Shown here: in pieces, positions 25,501 to 38,549 of the stretch
How positions within the stretch are numbered: the first letter of the stretch is position 1
How the letters are laid out: each line of letters opens with the position of its first letter
Assembly (NCBI GenBank): GCA_002269645.1
Contig: NIVC01000725.1
Span: 186,296 to 250,295 of the forward strand
Origin: Macrostomum lignano
Taxonomy: Eukaryota
Length of the DNA: 64,000 nucleotides
Reading direction: 5' to 3'
The notes under the pieces: generated by a model
Told to the model about the DNA's origin: nothing
The model's database searches: none
Seen by the model: only the letters and a program-made list of their open reading frames with translations
Made by a program: the position numbers and the translations under genes

Positions 25501-28500
25501 ACCGGCATCATCCGGTGACGTCAGGTCAAAGATGTCGCTGAGGCTGCCCGAGGCCCCCGCGCCGCGGTCGAGCCGTCTGGAGCGGCGCCTACGCTGCGGC
25601 GACCGGCGGTCCTGACGTCGCCGACGGGCCGACGAAGCCGTGTCGTCGTCTTCAGCCTCAGCCTCGGCGCCGCCGCCGTCGGAGCTGTAGGAGGCGGAGC
25701 CGGACGAAACTGTCGGCGCGCTGCCACCGCCGGCGCCTACGCTGTCCATGTGCAGGCGCGCTAGGCCGGAGCTGTCGGTGGCTGCCGACACCGGGTTGAC
25801 GTCGTCATCAACATCCTCGCCGTGCACGAATGTGTCGCTGTTGTCGCCGAGGCGACTCAGCATCGAGCGAACGCGGACGGTCGAGACGGCGGCGTTGGCT
25901 GCGCCGGAGGTCGCCTGGGGCCGGCTGTGCCGCAGTCTCGGCTGAACCGCCACCGAGGAGCTGAGAAAAAGTGAGTGAGTGAGTGAGTGAGTGAGTGAGT
26001 GATTTAGTGAGTGAGTGAGTGATTGAGTGAGTGATTGAGTGAGTGAGTGAGTGAGTGAGTGAGTGAGTGAGTGAGTGAGTGAGTGAGTGAGTGAGTGAGT
26101 GAGTGATTGAGTGAGTGAGTGAGTGAGTGAGTGATTGAGTGAGTGAGTGAGTGAGTGAGTGAGTGAGTGAGTGAGCGAGCGAGTGAGTGGGTGAGCATCG
26201 ACAATCATGTTTTTTTCCGAGTAAGATAAAACTTGCGAAGCCAACTCATTCATCAGAAACTTTATGGGGTTTAAAATGCGATTCAAAAATACCTATTAGT
26301 AATGAACTGATATGTTAAGGTATAGATACGATGACTGTAAGATTGATTTGATTTGATTTGACCACTGTAGCATCTCCAACTCCTTGGCAAGTATTGAAGC
26401 TTCACTAAAAAGCACTGGAAGCTTCCCCTAGTAACACCGATGCTACCTTAGCAACCGGTAACCAATCAAAAAGCCGCAAACCTGGCTCTAGCAGGTCCAG
26501 AAGCCACCATTCGCTGCTGCTGCCCCTGCCCAGTACCGCCGCCTCCGCTGCTCAGAGTCTGCGAAGCCCAGCGCTGCACGCCGCCGGACGCGGACTCGGA
26601 CAGCTCCGGCCAAGAGGCGCGCATCCGGCCGGACCAGTCGTGCAGCTGGCTACACAGCGCCGCCAGATACTTGCCGAGTTTGGCGCCGCTCAGCTGGAAG
26701 TTCAGCCGGCCCAACTCGCGACCGTTGACGCGCAGCGAAGTTGTGGAAGCTACGACTAGCTTGGCGCCTTTGAAGGACACCTTCTCGGCATCCTGCCAGG
26801 CCAGGCGGTGCAGCGGCGGCGACACCGGCTGGCGGCGGCGGCTGCCCGAGTCTCCGGCCGCCCTGGCCACCAGGAGGCCGCGCAGCGACACTCCGAGCAG
26901 CAGGGGGGCCGCAGGCTCCGTGGCGGAGGCGGCGCCGGCCATGGCGAACAAATGGAATCCGTAATGAGGCAGCGCCATCGCGGACATGCAGAATTGGCGA
27001 CCGCTGAGCGCGCGCGACGAAGCGTTGAACGTCGAGACGCGACGCCATTCGTTGACGAGTTTTGCTGAGAGATCCGCCTGCTGCTGCTGCTCGAGCAGTG
27101 GCTTCGGCATGTACTGCTCAAGTCTGGTGGTTATTTTAGGTACATGCAGGCTTACCGACTGATGGTTACGTCAGTTAACTAGCTTACTAACTAATGATGA
27201 CGTAAAAGGATTTAGTTAGAAGCTAGCTAACTCACGGACGATGACGTAAGGGGCTATTTTTAGAAACTAGCTTATTAACTGGTGATGACGTAAGGGGCTA
27301 TTTTTAGAAACTAGCTTATTAACTGGTGATGACGTAAGGGGCTATTTTTAGAAACTAGCTTATTAACTGGTGATGACGTAGGTGGCTATTTTTAGAAACT
27401 AGTTTATTAACTGGTGATGACCTAAGCGGCTATTTTTAGAAACAAGCTTATTAACTGTTGATGACGTGGGCGGCTACTTTTAGAAACTTGATTAACAAAA
27501 ACAACGTCTTCAAAACTTACTTGAACGGGGGAGCGGCCGTGCCGTCTTCTGCCGCTGACGGCGCAGGGGCCGCGCCCAGCTCCTGGTGCAGCGCCAGGCC
27601 GGCCAGCTGGATTGTGGCCGCCTCTTCAGCTGGCAGCGTCGCATCAAGCAGGGCTCGACGAAGCAGCAGGTAGAGCAGGCGGCGGGAGCCGGCGCTGTTT
27701 GTGCGGGCGGGAGGGTGGGCTGCTGTGACTTCTGAGTTAGCGAATTGAGGCTGTAAGCGAAATATCATTTGTCACTCTTGAGCCTTTCATTTTGTCAGTC
27801 TCCTTTCACTCTCAATCTCAAGTCTTAGAGCTTGCCTTAGTAACCCTTGAAGATGCCCCTAGCGACCCTTGCAGCTTCCCCTAGCAACCATTTGATCTTC
27901 ACTTAGCAACCCTTTGAGCATTCCCTAGCAACCATTTAATCGTCACTTAGCAACCCTTTGAGCATTCCCTAGCAACCATTTGATCGTCACTTAGCAACCC
28001 TTGGAGCATGCCCTAGCAACCATTGGATCTTCCCTTAGCAACCCTTGGAGCATGCCCTAGCAACCATTGGATCTTCACTTAGTAACCCTTGGAGCTTCCC
28101 CTAGCAATCCTTGGAGCTTCCCTTAGGAACCCTTGGAGCTTCCCCTAGCAATCCTTGGAGCTTCCCTTAGGAACCCTTGGAGCATGCCCTAGCAACCATT
28201 GGATCTTCACTTAGTAACCCTTGGAGCTTCCCCTAGCAATCCTTGGAGCTTCCCTTAGGAACCCTTGGAGCATGCCCTAGCAACCATTGGATCTTCACTT
28301 AGCAACACTTGGAGCATGCCCTAGCAACCATTTGATCTTCCCTTAGCATCCTTGGAGCTTCCCCTAGCAACCTTTTCATCTTCCCTTAGCACCCTTGGAG
28401 CATGCCCTAGCAACCATTTGATCTTCACTTAGCAACCCTTTGAGCATTCCCTAGCAACCATTTGATCGTCACTTAGCAACCCTTTGAGCATTCCCTAGCA

Positions 28501-31500
28501 ACCATTTGATCTTCCCTTAGCACCCTTTGAGCTTCCCCTAGCAACCTTTTCATCTTCCCTTAGCACCCTTATAGCATTCCCTAGCAACCATTTGATCGTC
28601 ACTTAGCAACCCTTTGAGCATTCCCTAGCAACCATTTGATCTTCCCTTAGCACCCTTATAGCATTCCCTAGCAACCATTTGATCGTCACTTAGCAACCCT
28701 TTGAGCATTCCCTAGCAACCATTTGATCTTCCCTTAGCACCCTTTGAGCATGCCCTAGCAACCGTTTATCTTCCCTTAGCAACCCTTGGAGCATGCCCTA
28801 GCAAACGTTTATCTTCCCTTAGCATTCTTAGAGCATACCCTAGCAACCGTTTATCTTCCCTTAGCAACCCTTGGAGCATGCCCTAGCAACCGTTTATCTT
28901 CCCTTAACACCCTTAGAGCATGCCCTAGCAACCGTTTATCTTCACTTAGCAACCCTTTGAGCATTCCCTAGCAACCATTTGATCGTCACTTAGCAACCCT
29001 TTGAGCATTCCCTAGCAACCATTTGATCTTCCCTTAGCACCCTTTGAGCATGCCCTAGCAACCGTTTATCTTCCCTTAGCAACCCTTGGAGCATGCCAAA
29101 ACAAATTTAATTGTCTTCACCCTTTGTCATATGCAATTGCAGCTTATCACACTCTTCCTTTTTCACTCAAAACGACTCAACGAGCTGCCGGTCACTCACG
29201 GCACCAAATCGACGCTCTCAGGATAAAATTTGAGTCGCAGCGTGAGCTGCAGCAGGGTGCCACCGCGGCCGCTGCCTCCTTCGCCGCCGCCACCGGCGCC
29301 ACCGCCAGATCTTTTCAGAGAGGCGGAGCGCGAGGACGCGCCGAGCCAGTCTTTGGGCGCCTGTTTGGCCATGCGGACGTTCTCCAATATGAATCGGTTT
29401 TCGCCGTCTAAAATTAAAAAAATATGTCAATATTCGCATATTCGAGTTTGCTACTATTAGTGATAAAAATAAGAGGAACGTATTTTTGACATCTATCGGC
29501 CGCTATCGTCCTCACCGACTAGCATGGTCAGTCCCAGCAGGTGGTCGATGCCGGAATTGACGTAGTCGAACACGCAGCGGATGAGCTCGCGGCCCAGAGT
29601 GTTGGCCGAGCAGGTCAGGGCGAGCCTCTCGCCAGTCGGTAGGTGAACTCTGACCTCCCTGTTCAGTTTGTTCTGATCTCGCTGTTAAGCAGATCCCAAG
29701 TTAAGCAGAGTTAATAGTGGTTAGTACACAACTAAATGTTTCGTCCATTAAGGAAACAGTCATAATCAATTCTACTTCTCAAACTCACCGACAATCGCAA
29801 CGGAGATTTCGACGAACTCCCTGCCACAGTGGCCGATGATGTCGATAGGGCGACAGGTGTCGGCGCGTTGCCCTGGTGGGCTGTAAATTTAGCGCCTGTG
29901 AACTCGTCGTCAAAGCCGCCGATATCCTCAGTGTCGGCCTCCAAATGGAGCAGCGAAGTGTCATCGATTGCATCGTCGTTGACGTTGAGAGCCCTGGCAG
30001 CGGCGACCGTCCCGGTGTCGCCAGTCACTGCCGCCTGCGGCTGCTGCTGTTGCTGCTGCTGTAGCGGCGGTGCCGACATCGGCAGTGTCGGCAGTCTGCG
30101 CCGCGCGCTCGGCGAAGATTTCGGCGACGATGACGGTAGCGGCGGAGTGGGCAGCTTAGCGGGCTGCGACGAAGGCTCCGCAGCTGGGATCGGCGGTGTA
30201 AAGGCAGCCAGATCGGCGCCGGTGTCGGTGCCGACGTCCAGGGTTTGCTTCAGCGACGGTTCGAGCACCAGCGGCTCGGTGGCTTCGTCGACTGTTGCGC
30301 ATCTGCATGACATAGCATTTTTTAAATTTAGTCTTAAAAATATGAACAAAAAATGCCTATTTGCCTACTTGTTTAATAAGTAGCTAAAAAGTCAAATTAC
30401 TAAGAGTATTCACCTAGCCGTGACGACCAGAGCTTCAACGGCTTGGTCTGGAATCGTTGATAGACTTGGCATATTTAGTAGACCGGAACCGCTGCTTTCC
30501 AAGGCAACTGTAGATGCGTTCAACTCGCACTGAACAGAGCTGTCTGTGACTTCGGGATTCATAGGATCAGCCTTTGACTGACCGCTGCCGGAATCATCCA
30601 GCGGCATATGCGTCGGCGGTTTTGATGCTCTCGACTGTGCGTTAACTTCATAGTCTATTGAAATTCTGTAGCTGAAAAAATATTCAGCGTAAAAATAGGT
30701 AAAATAGTTGGTTTGCGATTGTCATCTACTTATAGTAGACATATTGAACATTCTTTTAACAATCGTACGAATCATGTAATAAGAAATTACATCGAACTTC
30801 ATTTTTTGTATCTTTGCTCACCATAGTCCACCAACTCCAGTAATTGCTCCATCAGCGAGCGCACAAGCGTAATCATACATTGTCATGAGCTGCCCATCAT
30901 CCCTATTGGTCATATTGGTCTGCGACTTGTCCGGGACGTACAGTTTGTGATCAGCGATGGACACGAGTAGGTCGGCGTAGTTTGGCAAAGGACTTAGATA
31001 AGGAAAAGGAAGAAAGAAGAAAAATTACCAGTAAATGAATTTTTACGCTATTCACGTTTTAGCCTTTTTTGGCTTTGGTTGATGGCTGTAGACGAGCATA
31101 GTGCAAACAAACAGCCTTGTTAAGATTTTTACGCAACATATCGGCATCATTAAATATGAATAAAACATCAAGTTCGGAGTATTTTTTAAAGAGGGGAACG
31201 AAATACGTTTGGAAAAAAATTAAAGTAAAAAAGCTTGCGTTGCTTTTGTGCGCAAAAAGGAGCTGTAACAGCCAGGTCCCACCGAGATTCGAACTCGGGT
31301 CGCTGGATTCAAAGTCCAGAGTGCTAACCACTACACCATGGGACCTTAAACGAGCCGAAAAGACTGGAATCTATTTAAACCCATGACGGTAGAGCAAATG
31401 AATGAGTCCCTTATAATAGTAAGGTCGCTATTCATTTACAGCTCTTCTAGCTCGTATTTCTACCTATTATTCTAACAATATAATCTTCTTCGACCTTCAA

Positions 31501-34500
31501 CGAGTTCAGGATAGGGGTTAACTAAACATAAATAGGTATGAATTATTCTTTTATAATTTTCTGCTTTTTAGTTTGTTTAGAATACGTAAACGTACGTTGT
31601 GTTCAAGCTACTAAAACCGTAGCTTAACGTATGAAATATGAAGAATCATTCACTAAAATATGCTATAATAGGCCCGTCTCGATGATTCATTGGTTCTTGA
31701 TTACCTGAAGCAGACGTAGTTAGGTCTTCACCAATAAATGATAAAAAACTACACTACTTCTCATCTATTGTAAGTAGACACTGAGGACATGACTGCTCAA
31801 AAAATATGTGGACATACTACAATATAAAAAAATTACCCCTCATATGGGTCCAAACGCTTGGCGATCAAACCGGGATCGCCATTTTGATGACGCGTATCCA
31901 TGGCAACTAAGGCGAATAGCGTCGACAAGGTTGGACAACAGATTTGCTGCAGATGCGGCTTGAAGTCTAAACAGGACTGAAATGTTTGTTTATTAGATAA
32001 GCTAAATAGGAAGTCCTTTGACATCACTTTCATATTGCAAATGGGTGACTTACATTGATGAAGAACTCGGCATCAAGCAGTTGGCGATTTTCAATTTCAG
32101 AGCACAGAGAAGCAATCAAAGTGTCAAGTTCGTCACTTGGAGCCTGCGACTGGGCAGAGAGTGGGAGAAAGTATGCGGTGTAATGTGGGTTGACAGCAGG
32201 TGAAGGCCTGTCTAACAGGTAAGTAACAGATTGGCGCCTATCTAACAGGTAAGTAACAGATTGGCGCCTATCTAACAGGTAATTAACAGATTGGCGCCTA
32301 TCTAACAGGTAAGTAACAGATTGGCGCATATCTAACAGGTAAGTAACAGATCGGCGCCTATCTAACAAGTACGTTACAGATTGGTGCCTGTCTAACAGGT
32401 AAGTAACAGATTGGCGCCTATCTAACAGGGTAGTAACAGATTGGCGCCTATCTAACAGGTAAGTAACAGGTTGGCGCATATCTAACAGGTAAGTAACAGA
32501 TCGGCGCCTATCTAACAAGTAAGTAACAGGTTGGCGCATATCTAACAGCTAAGTAACAGGTTGGCGCCTATCTAACAGGTTAGTAACAGGTTGGCGCCCA
32601 TCTAACAGCTAAGTTACAGATTGGCGCATATCTAACAGGTAAGTAGCAGGTTGGCGCCTATCTAACAGGTAAGTAGCAGGTTGGCGCCTATCTAACAAGT
32701 ATGTAACATATTGGCGCCTATCTAACAGGATATAACAGATTGGCGCCTATCTAACAGCTAAGTTACAGATTGGCGCCTATCTAACAGGTTAGTAACAGAT
32801 CGGCGCCTATCTAACAGCGGGGCTGCTCACCGCGGAAACGGCCTTCACAGCAGACAGCGTCACGCCCAGCGAGAACAGCAGCACCAGCTCCAGGCTACGG
32901 CCGGCTGCTGACTCGCCCGAAAGCGCGGCATTCAACAGGCGGCGAAGCTCGGCCAGCGAAGGCACCTCCGGCGGCAGGTAGTCCTCCAGCTCAGGGTCGT
33001 CCGCCGAGCCGGACAGCCAGGCTCGCTCGGACAGACTGGCCGATGGCCGGTTGGAGAACTGCACCAGGCCTGAGCTGGTCAGCTCGCAGCTGTCAGGGGT
33101 GATCAGCTGGCAGCGGGGGCCTCTGGGGCTGGCTGGAGCGGTTAAGTTGGATTCTTGATTGGGCTGAGGGACTCGCCAGTTGGGTTGACTGGGAGCTGAG
33201 GGACTCGCCAGTTGGGTTGACTGGGAGCTGAGGGACTCGCCAGTTGGGTTGACTGGGAGCTGAGGGACTCGCCAGTTGGGGTGGCTGGCTTGAGGCTGAG
33301 GGACTCGCCAGTTGGGGTGGCTGGCTTGAGGCTGAGGGACTCGCCAGTTGGGGTGGCTGGGAGCTGGGGGACTCGCCAGTTGGGTTGACTGGGAGCTGAG
33401 GGACTCGCCAGTTGGGTTGACTGGGAGCTGAGGGACTCGCCAGTTGGGTTGACTGGGAGCTGAGGGACTCGCCAGTTGGGTTGACTGTGAGCTGAGGGAC
33501 TTGCCAGTTGGGTTGACTGGGAGCTGAGGGACTCGCCAGTTGGGTTGACTGGGAGCTGAGGGACTCGCCAGTTGGGTTGACTGGGAGCTGAGGGACTCGC
33601 CAGTTGGGTTGACTGAGCTCAGGGACTCGCCAGTTGGGTTGACTGAGCTCAGGGACTCGCCAGTTGGGTTGACTGGGAGCTGAGGGACTCGCCAGTTGGG
33701 TTGACTGTGAGCTGAGGGACTCGCCAGTTGGGTTGACTGGGAGCTGAGGGACTCGCCAGTTGGGTTGACTGTGAGCTGAGGGACTCGCCAGTTGGGTTGA
33801 CTGGGAGCTGAGGGACTCGCCAGTTGGGTTGACTGGGAGCTGAGGGACTCGCCAGTTGGGTTGACTGGGAGCTGAGGGACTCGCCAGTTGGGTTGACTGT
33901 GAGCTGAGGGACTCGCCAGTTGGGTTGACTGGGAGCTGAGGGACTCGCCAGTTGGGTTGACTGAGCTCAGGGACTCGCCAGTTGGGTTGACTGAGCTCAG
34001 GGACTCGCCAGTTGGGTTGACTGGGAGCTGAGGGACTCGCCAGTTGGGTTGACTGGGAGCTGAGGGACTCGCCAGTTGGGTTGACTGTGAGCTGAGGGAC
34101 TCGCCAGTTGGGTTGACTGGGAGCTGAGGGACTCGCCAGTTGGGTTGACTGAGCTGAGGGACTCGCCAGTTGGGTTGACTGGGAGCTGAGGGACTCGCCA
34201 GTTGGGTTGACTGGGAGCTGAGGGACTCGCCAGTTGGGTTGACTGTGAGCTGAGGGACTCGCCAGTTGGGTTGACTGGGAGCTGAGGGACTCGCCAGTTG
34301 GGTTGACTGAGCTCAGGGACTCGCCAGTTGGGGTGGCTGGCTTGAGGCTGAGGGGCTCGATGCGCTACAAATATCACAGCACAGCAGTCACATATGCACA
34401 CAAAAGCCTTACATTTAATGACCCGTTGCAGAGCGCAGCTGGAGCCATAGAGCAGGCACCAGAGCTCGTCCTCAGTGACGTCATTGGCCTTGTACTTTAG

Positions 34501-34539
34501 CAAGTCGTTCAGACTGATCGACTGGGCAGATGACGTCAT
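16596..34539 (-). CDS. PTPN13: PTPN13-like scaffold: KIND-FERM-4xPDZ-degenerate PTP domain, 21 exons
   Basis: Phase-consistent exons: 34413-34539, 32831-33132, 32054-32143, 31837-31976, 30822-30992, 30414-30671, 29789-30302, 29516-29681, 29200-29407, 27521-27694, 26482-27123, 25284-25960, 24716-24903, 24131-24598, 23279-23736, 22507-22889, 21596-21839, 21260-21397, 20020-20731, 19282-19727, 16596-16736. KIND start ISLNDLL..TEDELWCLL; FERM LRLKFYP; PDZ GLGFLVAGG; terminal EQYRLLY. One apparent 1-nt deletion at ~23461. Confidence 0.85.
18378..19128. repeat. 46-bp intronic minisatellite
   Basis: Unit GTGTGAGGTAGCTGCAGAACGGAGGGTCCGGATTGGATAGGACAGG, about 16 copies. Confidence 0.95.
20770..20998. 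repeat. 22-bp intronic minisatellite
   Basis: Unit GGGATGTGGATTGGGAACCTTT. Confidence 0.9.
21855..22460. repeat. G-rich intronic minisatellite
   Basis: GGGGTGGTGGGTG(A/G)ATT variants fill the intron. Confidence 0.9.
23049..23290. repeat. 22-bp array containing the splice donor
   Basis: Minus-strand unit GTGCTGTACAAG|GTGTGTGATG. Confidence 0.9.
24940..25283. repeat. (TCAC)n microsatellite
   Basis: Direct reading; on the minus strand it starts at the GTGAGT donor. Confidence 0.95.
25970..26195. repeat. (GAGT)n microsatellite
   Basis: Direct reading. Confidence 0.95.
27185..27490. repeat. 44-bp intronic minisatellite
   Basis: Unit GATGACGTAAGGGGCTATTTTTAGAAACTAGCTTATTAACTGGT. Confidence 0.9.
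27830..29095. repeat. Intronic minisatellite built on C(C/A)TAGCAACC subunits
   Basis: Recurrent CCCTAGCAACCATTTGATCTTCCCTTAGCAACCCTTGGAGCATG variants. Confidence 0.9.
31274..31345 (-). tRNA. trnQ-TTG: tRNA-Gln (anticodon TTG), intronic
   Basis: GGTCCCATGGTGTAGTGGTTAGCACTCTGGACTTTGAATCCAGCGACCCGAGTTCGAATCTCGGTGGGACCT: 72 nt, paired acceptor stem, downstream T5 terminator. Confidence 0.95.
32210..32815. repeat. 30-bp intronic minisatellite
   Basis: Unit GGCGCCTATCTAACAGGTAAGTAACAGATT. Confidence 0.95.
33165..34352. repeat. 32-bp intronic minisatellite
   Basis: Unit GGGAGCTGAGGGACTCGCCAGTTGGGTTGACT. Confidence 0.95.
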
Positions 34540-35135
34540 GCTGCCGAATGTTTTATAGCGCGTCCCTCCGCAGGTTTTACGCAGCTGGAGTGTAATTGGG
34601 ACAAATAGGGACAGATGAAGGCATGTGCCATAGATCCTGACCCCCCCTAGACATGCTGCAACTCCCTATAGAGACTCTGACCGCCCCCTAGACATACTGA
34701 AACTCCCTATAGAGATTCTGACTGCCCCCTAGACATGCTGCAACTTCCTATAGAGACTCTGACCGCCCTTAAAAACCCATACGGACTTTAAATACAAATG
34801 ATCCCCCACTATATTTAAAAGGAAATAACACGGAGAATTTGTTAATTCATTACTCATACAGATGTCAGATTTTAAATGTTGAGATGTTGCAGTAAATTTT
34901 GGTAAAACAGCCTATTATTGTCATTACTAAAATTAATGTAGTCTATTGCATTGTCTGTAACCAAATAAACAGAGTAAACAACTTCAGCCAATGAGTAAAA
35001 GAGATAAAGAGGAGGAGATAAACATTTTGGCACACTATTGGAATAATATCGAAGTTGCTAAAATGAGTAAAACTGGCATTTTCAGACAATCGACTACTTG
35101 TACTTCTACTACAAGTAGGCAGATTAGCAAAAGAA

Positions 35136-36549
35136 CTACAGCTCCGGCTTGACGCTATCAAATTTCAGGTCCAATTTCTGCCTGCCGGACGCCACAACTG
35201 GATCGATTGGCGCCACAAAGTCGAGCGCCAATTGCTCGGCGGTGCACACCGCGGCCACCTCGGCGCAGAGCCACGCCTCCAGCTGTCGCGGCCGCTGCAC
35301 AGCCTGGCGGGCGACGGCCTCCTCGCGATCGTCCAGCAGCTCCTCGCACCGCATGCGCAGCCAGTTGCCGAGGCCGGGATCGGCGTCGATCTGCTCCATG
35401 TCCACCGGCTTGCCATCGTCCCTGGTCATTGTGACGAGGCCCCACCTGCGAGGGGAGGTACACGCGGGTGCTTAATTTGAAAATGTAACATTTCGAATAT
35501 TCAGTAACATTTCATAATTGCCCTTGGATGTACACGTATAATCAATCTATTAGCTCATTTTATTCACTCCTTCCCCCTTTAGGTGTATATTGTCCCTTAT
35601 CTATCTGTTCCATTGATTCCTTCCCCTTTAGGTGTACATCTGTCCCTTATCCATCTGTTCCATTGATTCCTTCCCCCTTTAGGTGTACAATGTCCCTTAT
35701 CTATCTGTTCCATTGATTCCTTCCCCCTTTAGATGTAAATTGTCCCTTATCTATCTGTTCCATTTATTCCTTCACCCTTTAGGCGTACATCTGTCCCTTA
35801 TCTATCTGCTCCATTGGTTCCTTCCCCTTTAGGTGTACATTGTCCCTTATCTATCTGTTCCATTCATTCCTTCCCCCTTTAGGCGTACATCTGTCCCTTA
35901 TCTATCTGCTCCATCGGTTCCTTCCCCTTTAGGTGTACATTGTCCCTTATCTATCTGTTCCATTCATTCCTTCCCCCTTTAGGCGTACATCTGTCCCTTA
36001 TCTATCTGCTCCATTGGTTCCTTCCCCTTTAGGTGTACATTGTCCCTTATCTATCTGTTCCATTTATTTCTACGCCAATAATGCACATGGTCCTCATATA
36101 AAGATCTGCTAAGGATCGAGTTTTTTCGATACAACCCTCATAACTTTCCTAATATGGAGTACACGGACCTCGTTCGCTCTTTTCACCGTCTTAGAAATAT
36201 ACATGTACGCTCGAACGCTGACCCTTACCGGTATAACTGTTCTACTATAGGCCTCAGCGTACAGTATACTGTACAGCTCAGAATACCTGTCCTGTTTCTC
36301 CTGATGCTGCATCCGGCCGTAGATCGGCAGATGTCGGCACACTCGCTCCACAGCGTCGCTCAACCGAGCAAATTTCGCCTTGTCGTCCTCCGCCTTCGGT
36401 GGCGACTTGGCCGTCTCGATCGCCGTCAGAATGGCGCGAGAGACGGCGCGGCAGGCGGAGCAGTTCAAGTCTGCAGACTTGCTTGAGTCACCGCTCGCCT
36501 GAGCTGCTGGCAGAAGCAGCGGCAGCAGCAGCACTTGCATCAGGTACAT
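35136..36549 (-). CDS. Canopy/saposin-like ER protein (signal peptide, KPEL C-terminus)
   Basis: Exons 36287-36549 and 35136-35445 join in phase; hydrophobic N-terminus, CSACRAV, VERVC, CEELLDDREE, C-terminal KPEL. The intron holds a ~50-bp array (35545-36065). Confidence 0.75.
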
Positions 36550-36729
36550 TTAGGCACGTTCTAACAAGGTTTGAGCCAGGCGCTTTGTAGATGTAGATTG
36601 AAATTAATCGCATTGAATTCTTATTCTAAACATTTGATGGAATTTGCAGTGTACTGAGACATCATTTGAACACTCAGGATTCAGGTACTGTACACTGTGT
36701 GTATGTACATTTTCAAGTTATGTCTGTTC

Positions 36730-37520
36730 CACCCCTACTCCCTCTGATCCTCCGCTGTTCCGCCCCTACTCCCTCCGATCCCCTGCTGTTCCGCCCCTAC
36801 TCCCTCTGATCCTCCGCTGTTCCGCCCCCTACTCCCTCCGATACCCTGCTGTTCCGCCCCTACTCCCTCTGATCCTCCGCTTCTCCACCACCTACTCCCT
36901 CCGCTTCTCCACCCCTGGTCCCTCCGCTTCTCCGCCCCTACTCCTCTTGCTACTCCCTCCGCTTCTCCACCCCTGGTCCCTCCGCTTCTCCGCCCCTACT
37001 CCTCTTGCTACTCCTCCGCTTCTCCACCCCTGGTCCCTCCGCTTCTCCGCCCCTACTCCCTCCGCTACTCCTCTTGCTACTCCCTCCACTTCTCCGCCCC
37101 CTCCGATCCTCTGCTGTTCCGCCCCCTACTCCCTCCGCTTCTCCGCCCCCTACTTCCTCTGCTTCTCCGCCCCTACTCTCTTCGCTTCTACGCCCCCTAC
37201 TTCCTCTGCTTCTCCGCCCCCTACTCTCTTCGCTTCTACGCCCCTACTCCCTCCGCTTCTCCGCCCCCTCCGATCCTCTGCTGTTCCGCCCCCCCACTCC
37301 CTTCGATCCTCGGCTGTTCCGCCCCCTACTCCCTCCGCTTCTCCGCCCCTACTCCCTCCGCTTCTCCGCCCCCTCCGATCCTCTGCTGTTCCGCCCCCTA
37401 ATCCCTCCGATCCTCTGCTGTTCCGCTCACTACTCCCCCGATTTTCTGCTGTTCCGCTCACTACTCCCCCGATTCTCTACTGTTCCGCCCACTAATCTTT
37501 CAGTTCCCTGCTGTTCCGCC
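36730..37520. repeat. C/T-rich degenerate minisatellite
   Basis: CCGCCCCTACTCCCTCCGCTTCT variants. Confidence 0.85.
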
Positions 37521-38549
37521 CCCCGTTTTTTCAATCGAATCAGAGTTTTCGCAGGTGTTAACTCACCGAATCACAGAACTAACAGATAGATAAAATATCG
37601 AACGCGGGTGAGAATTATGTTATGCATTAAATCCAACGCTGAACAATCGACCCGTGTTATAAATATATGTACACGCATGTAAGAAACGCAATAAATACGA
37701 ATTAAAAGCCACGCAAATTATGTGCTAAATCATTTTATTAATTTTTTATAGTTTCACACGAGTCTGTTACTATAATGTGGTTAGCAATTTTGATTTGATT
37801 AATGGTAATATTACTAACTACAATAGTTAAGTCATGTCAGTGTTATATGAACTTACATTTTTTGTAACCAACGAGAGATTTGTCGACTTTTTCTCGGGCT
37901 TCAATTTGAAAGAAGCAAATGAAATGGCGTTTAACAGCTGTAGGATATGCCGTCTGCTAATAATATGCCTCGAGCATTTCATTTATGTCTTTCACGTGGG
38001 GGCGGGGGTTGGTAGAAAGTTCTAGAAGATTATTGACCACCTAATCAGATCGATAAGGGACAGAATTCTGGGATAGACGAGCACAAACTGATTTTTTTAG
38101 TAGAAAATGCTAAGCATACTACTCAATTTAAAGTGAGAAGTAAAGGAATACAAATATTGCGTCTGCAATTTACAGGATCTGCTGAGAAGTCATAAACTGC
38201 ATAATATTATATTTATTGAACTTATTAGCAACTTTATACACGTATTTAAACCAGAAGGCACAGAAAAAGAAATTAGCTTCTACTGTCCGCAGTTATTTCA
38301 TAGGGAATAAATTGTAGAAAAAGAACAGTTTTTATTTAGTATCGATTGATTTACCTTAAGATCAGATGCGGTCAAAGAAGGTCAAATAATTGAGAGCCAA
38401 GTCCGTACAGCAATTATCATTCAAAGGAATGGCAATGAAAACTGCATCAGTAATTATTTTACACTTGTTAATAATTGAATTCTGTAAGCAGACTGGAGAC
38501 CTGTGCAAGTAGGAAGTACTTTTTAATGGTAAAAATGACTTGATAAGGT

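Noticed and set aside
32210-32815. Donor-derived array (CAGGTAAGTA in each unit)
   Set aside because: The donor-like motif is on the plus strand, antisense to the host gene, so it is not a copy of the host junction.
35136-35445. Separate gene from ORF 36109-36549
   Set aside because: The two ORFs splice in phase into one Canopy-like protein.
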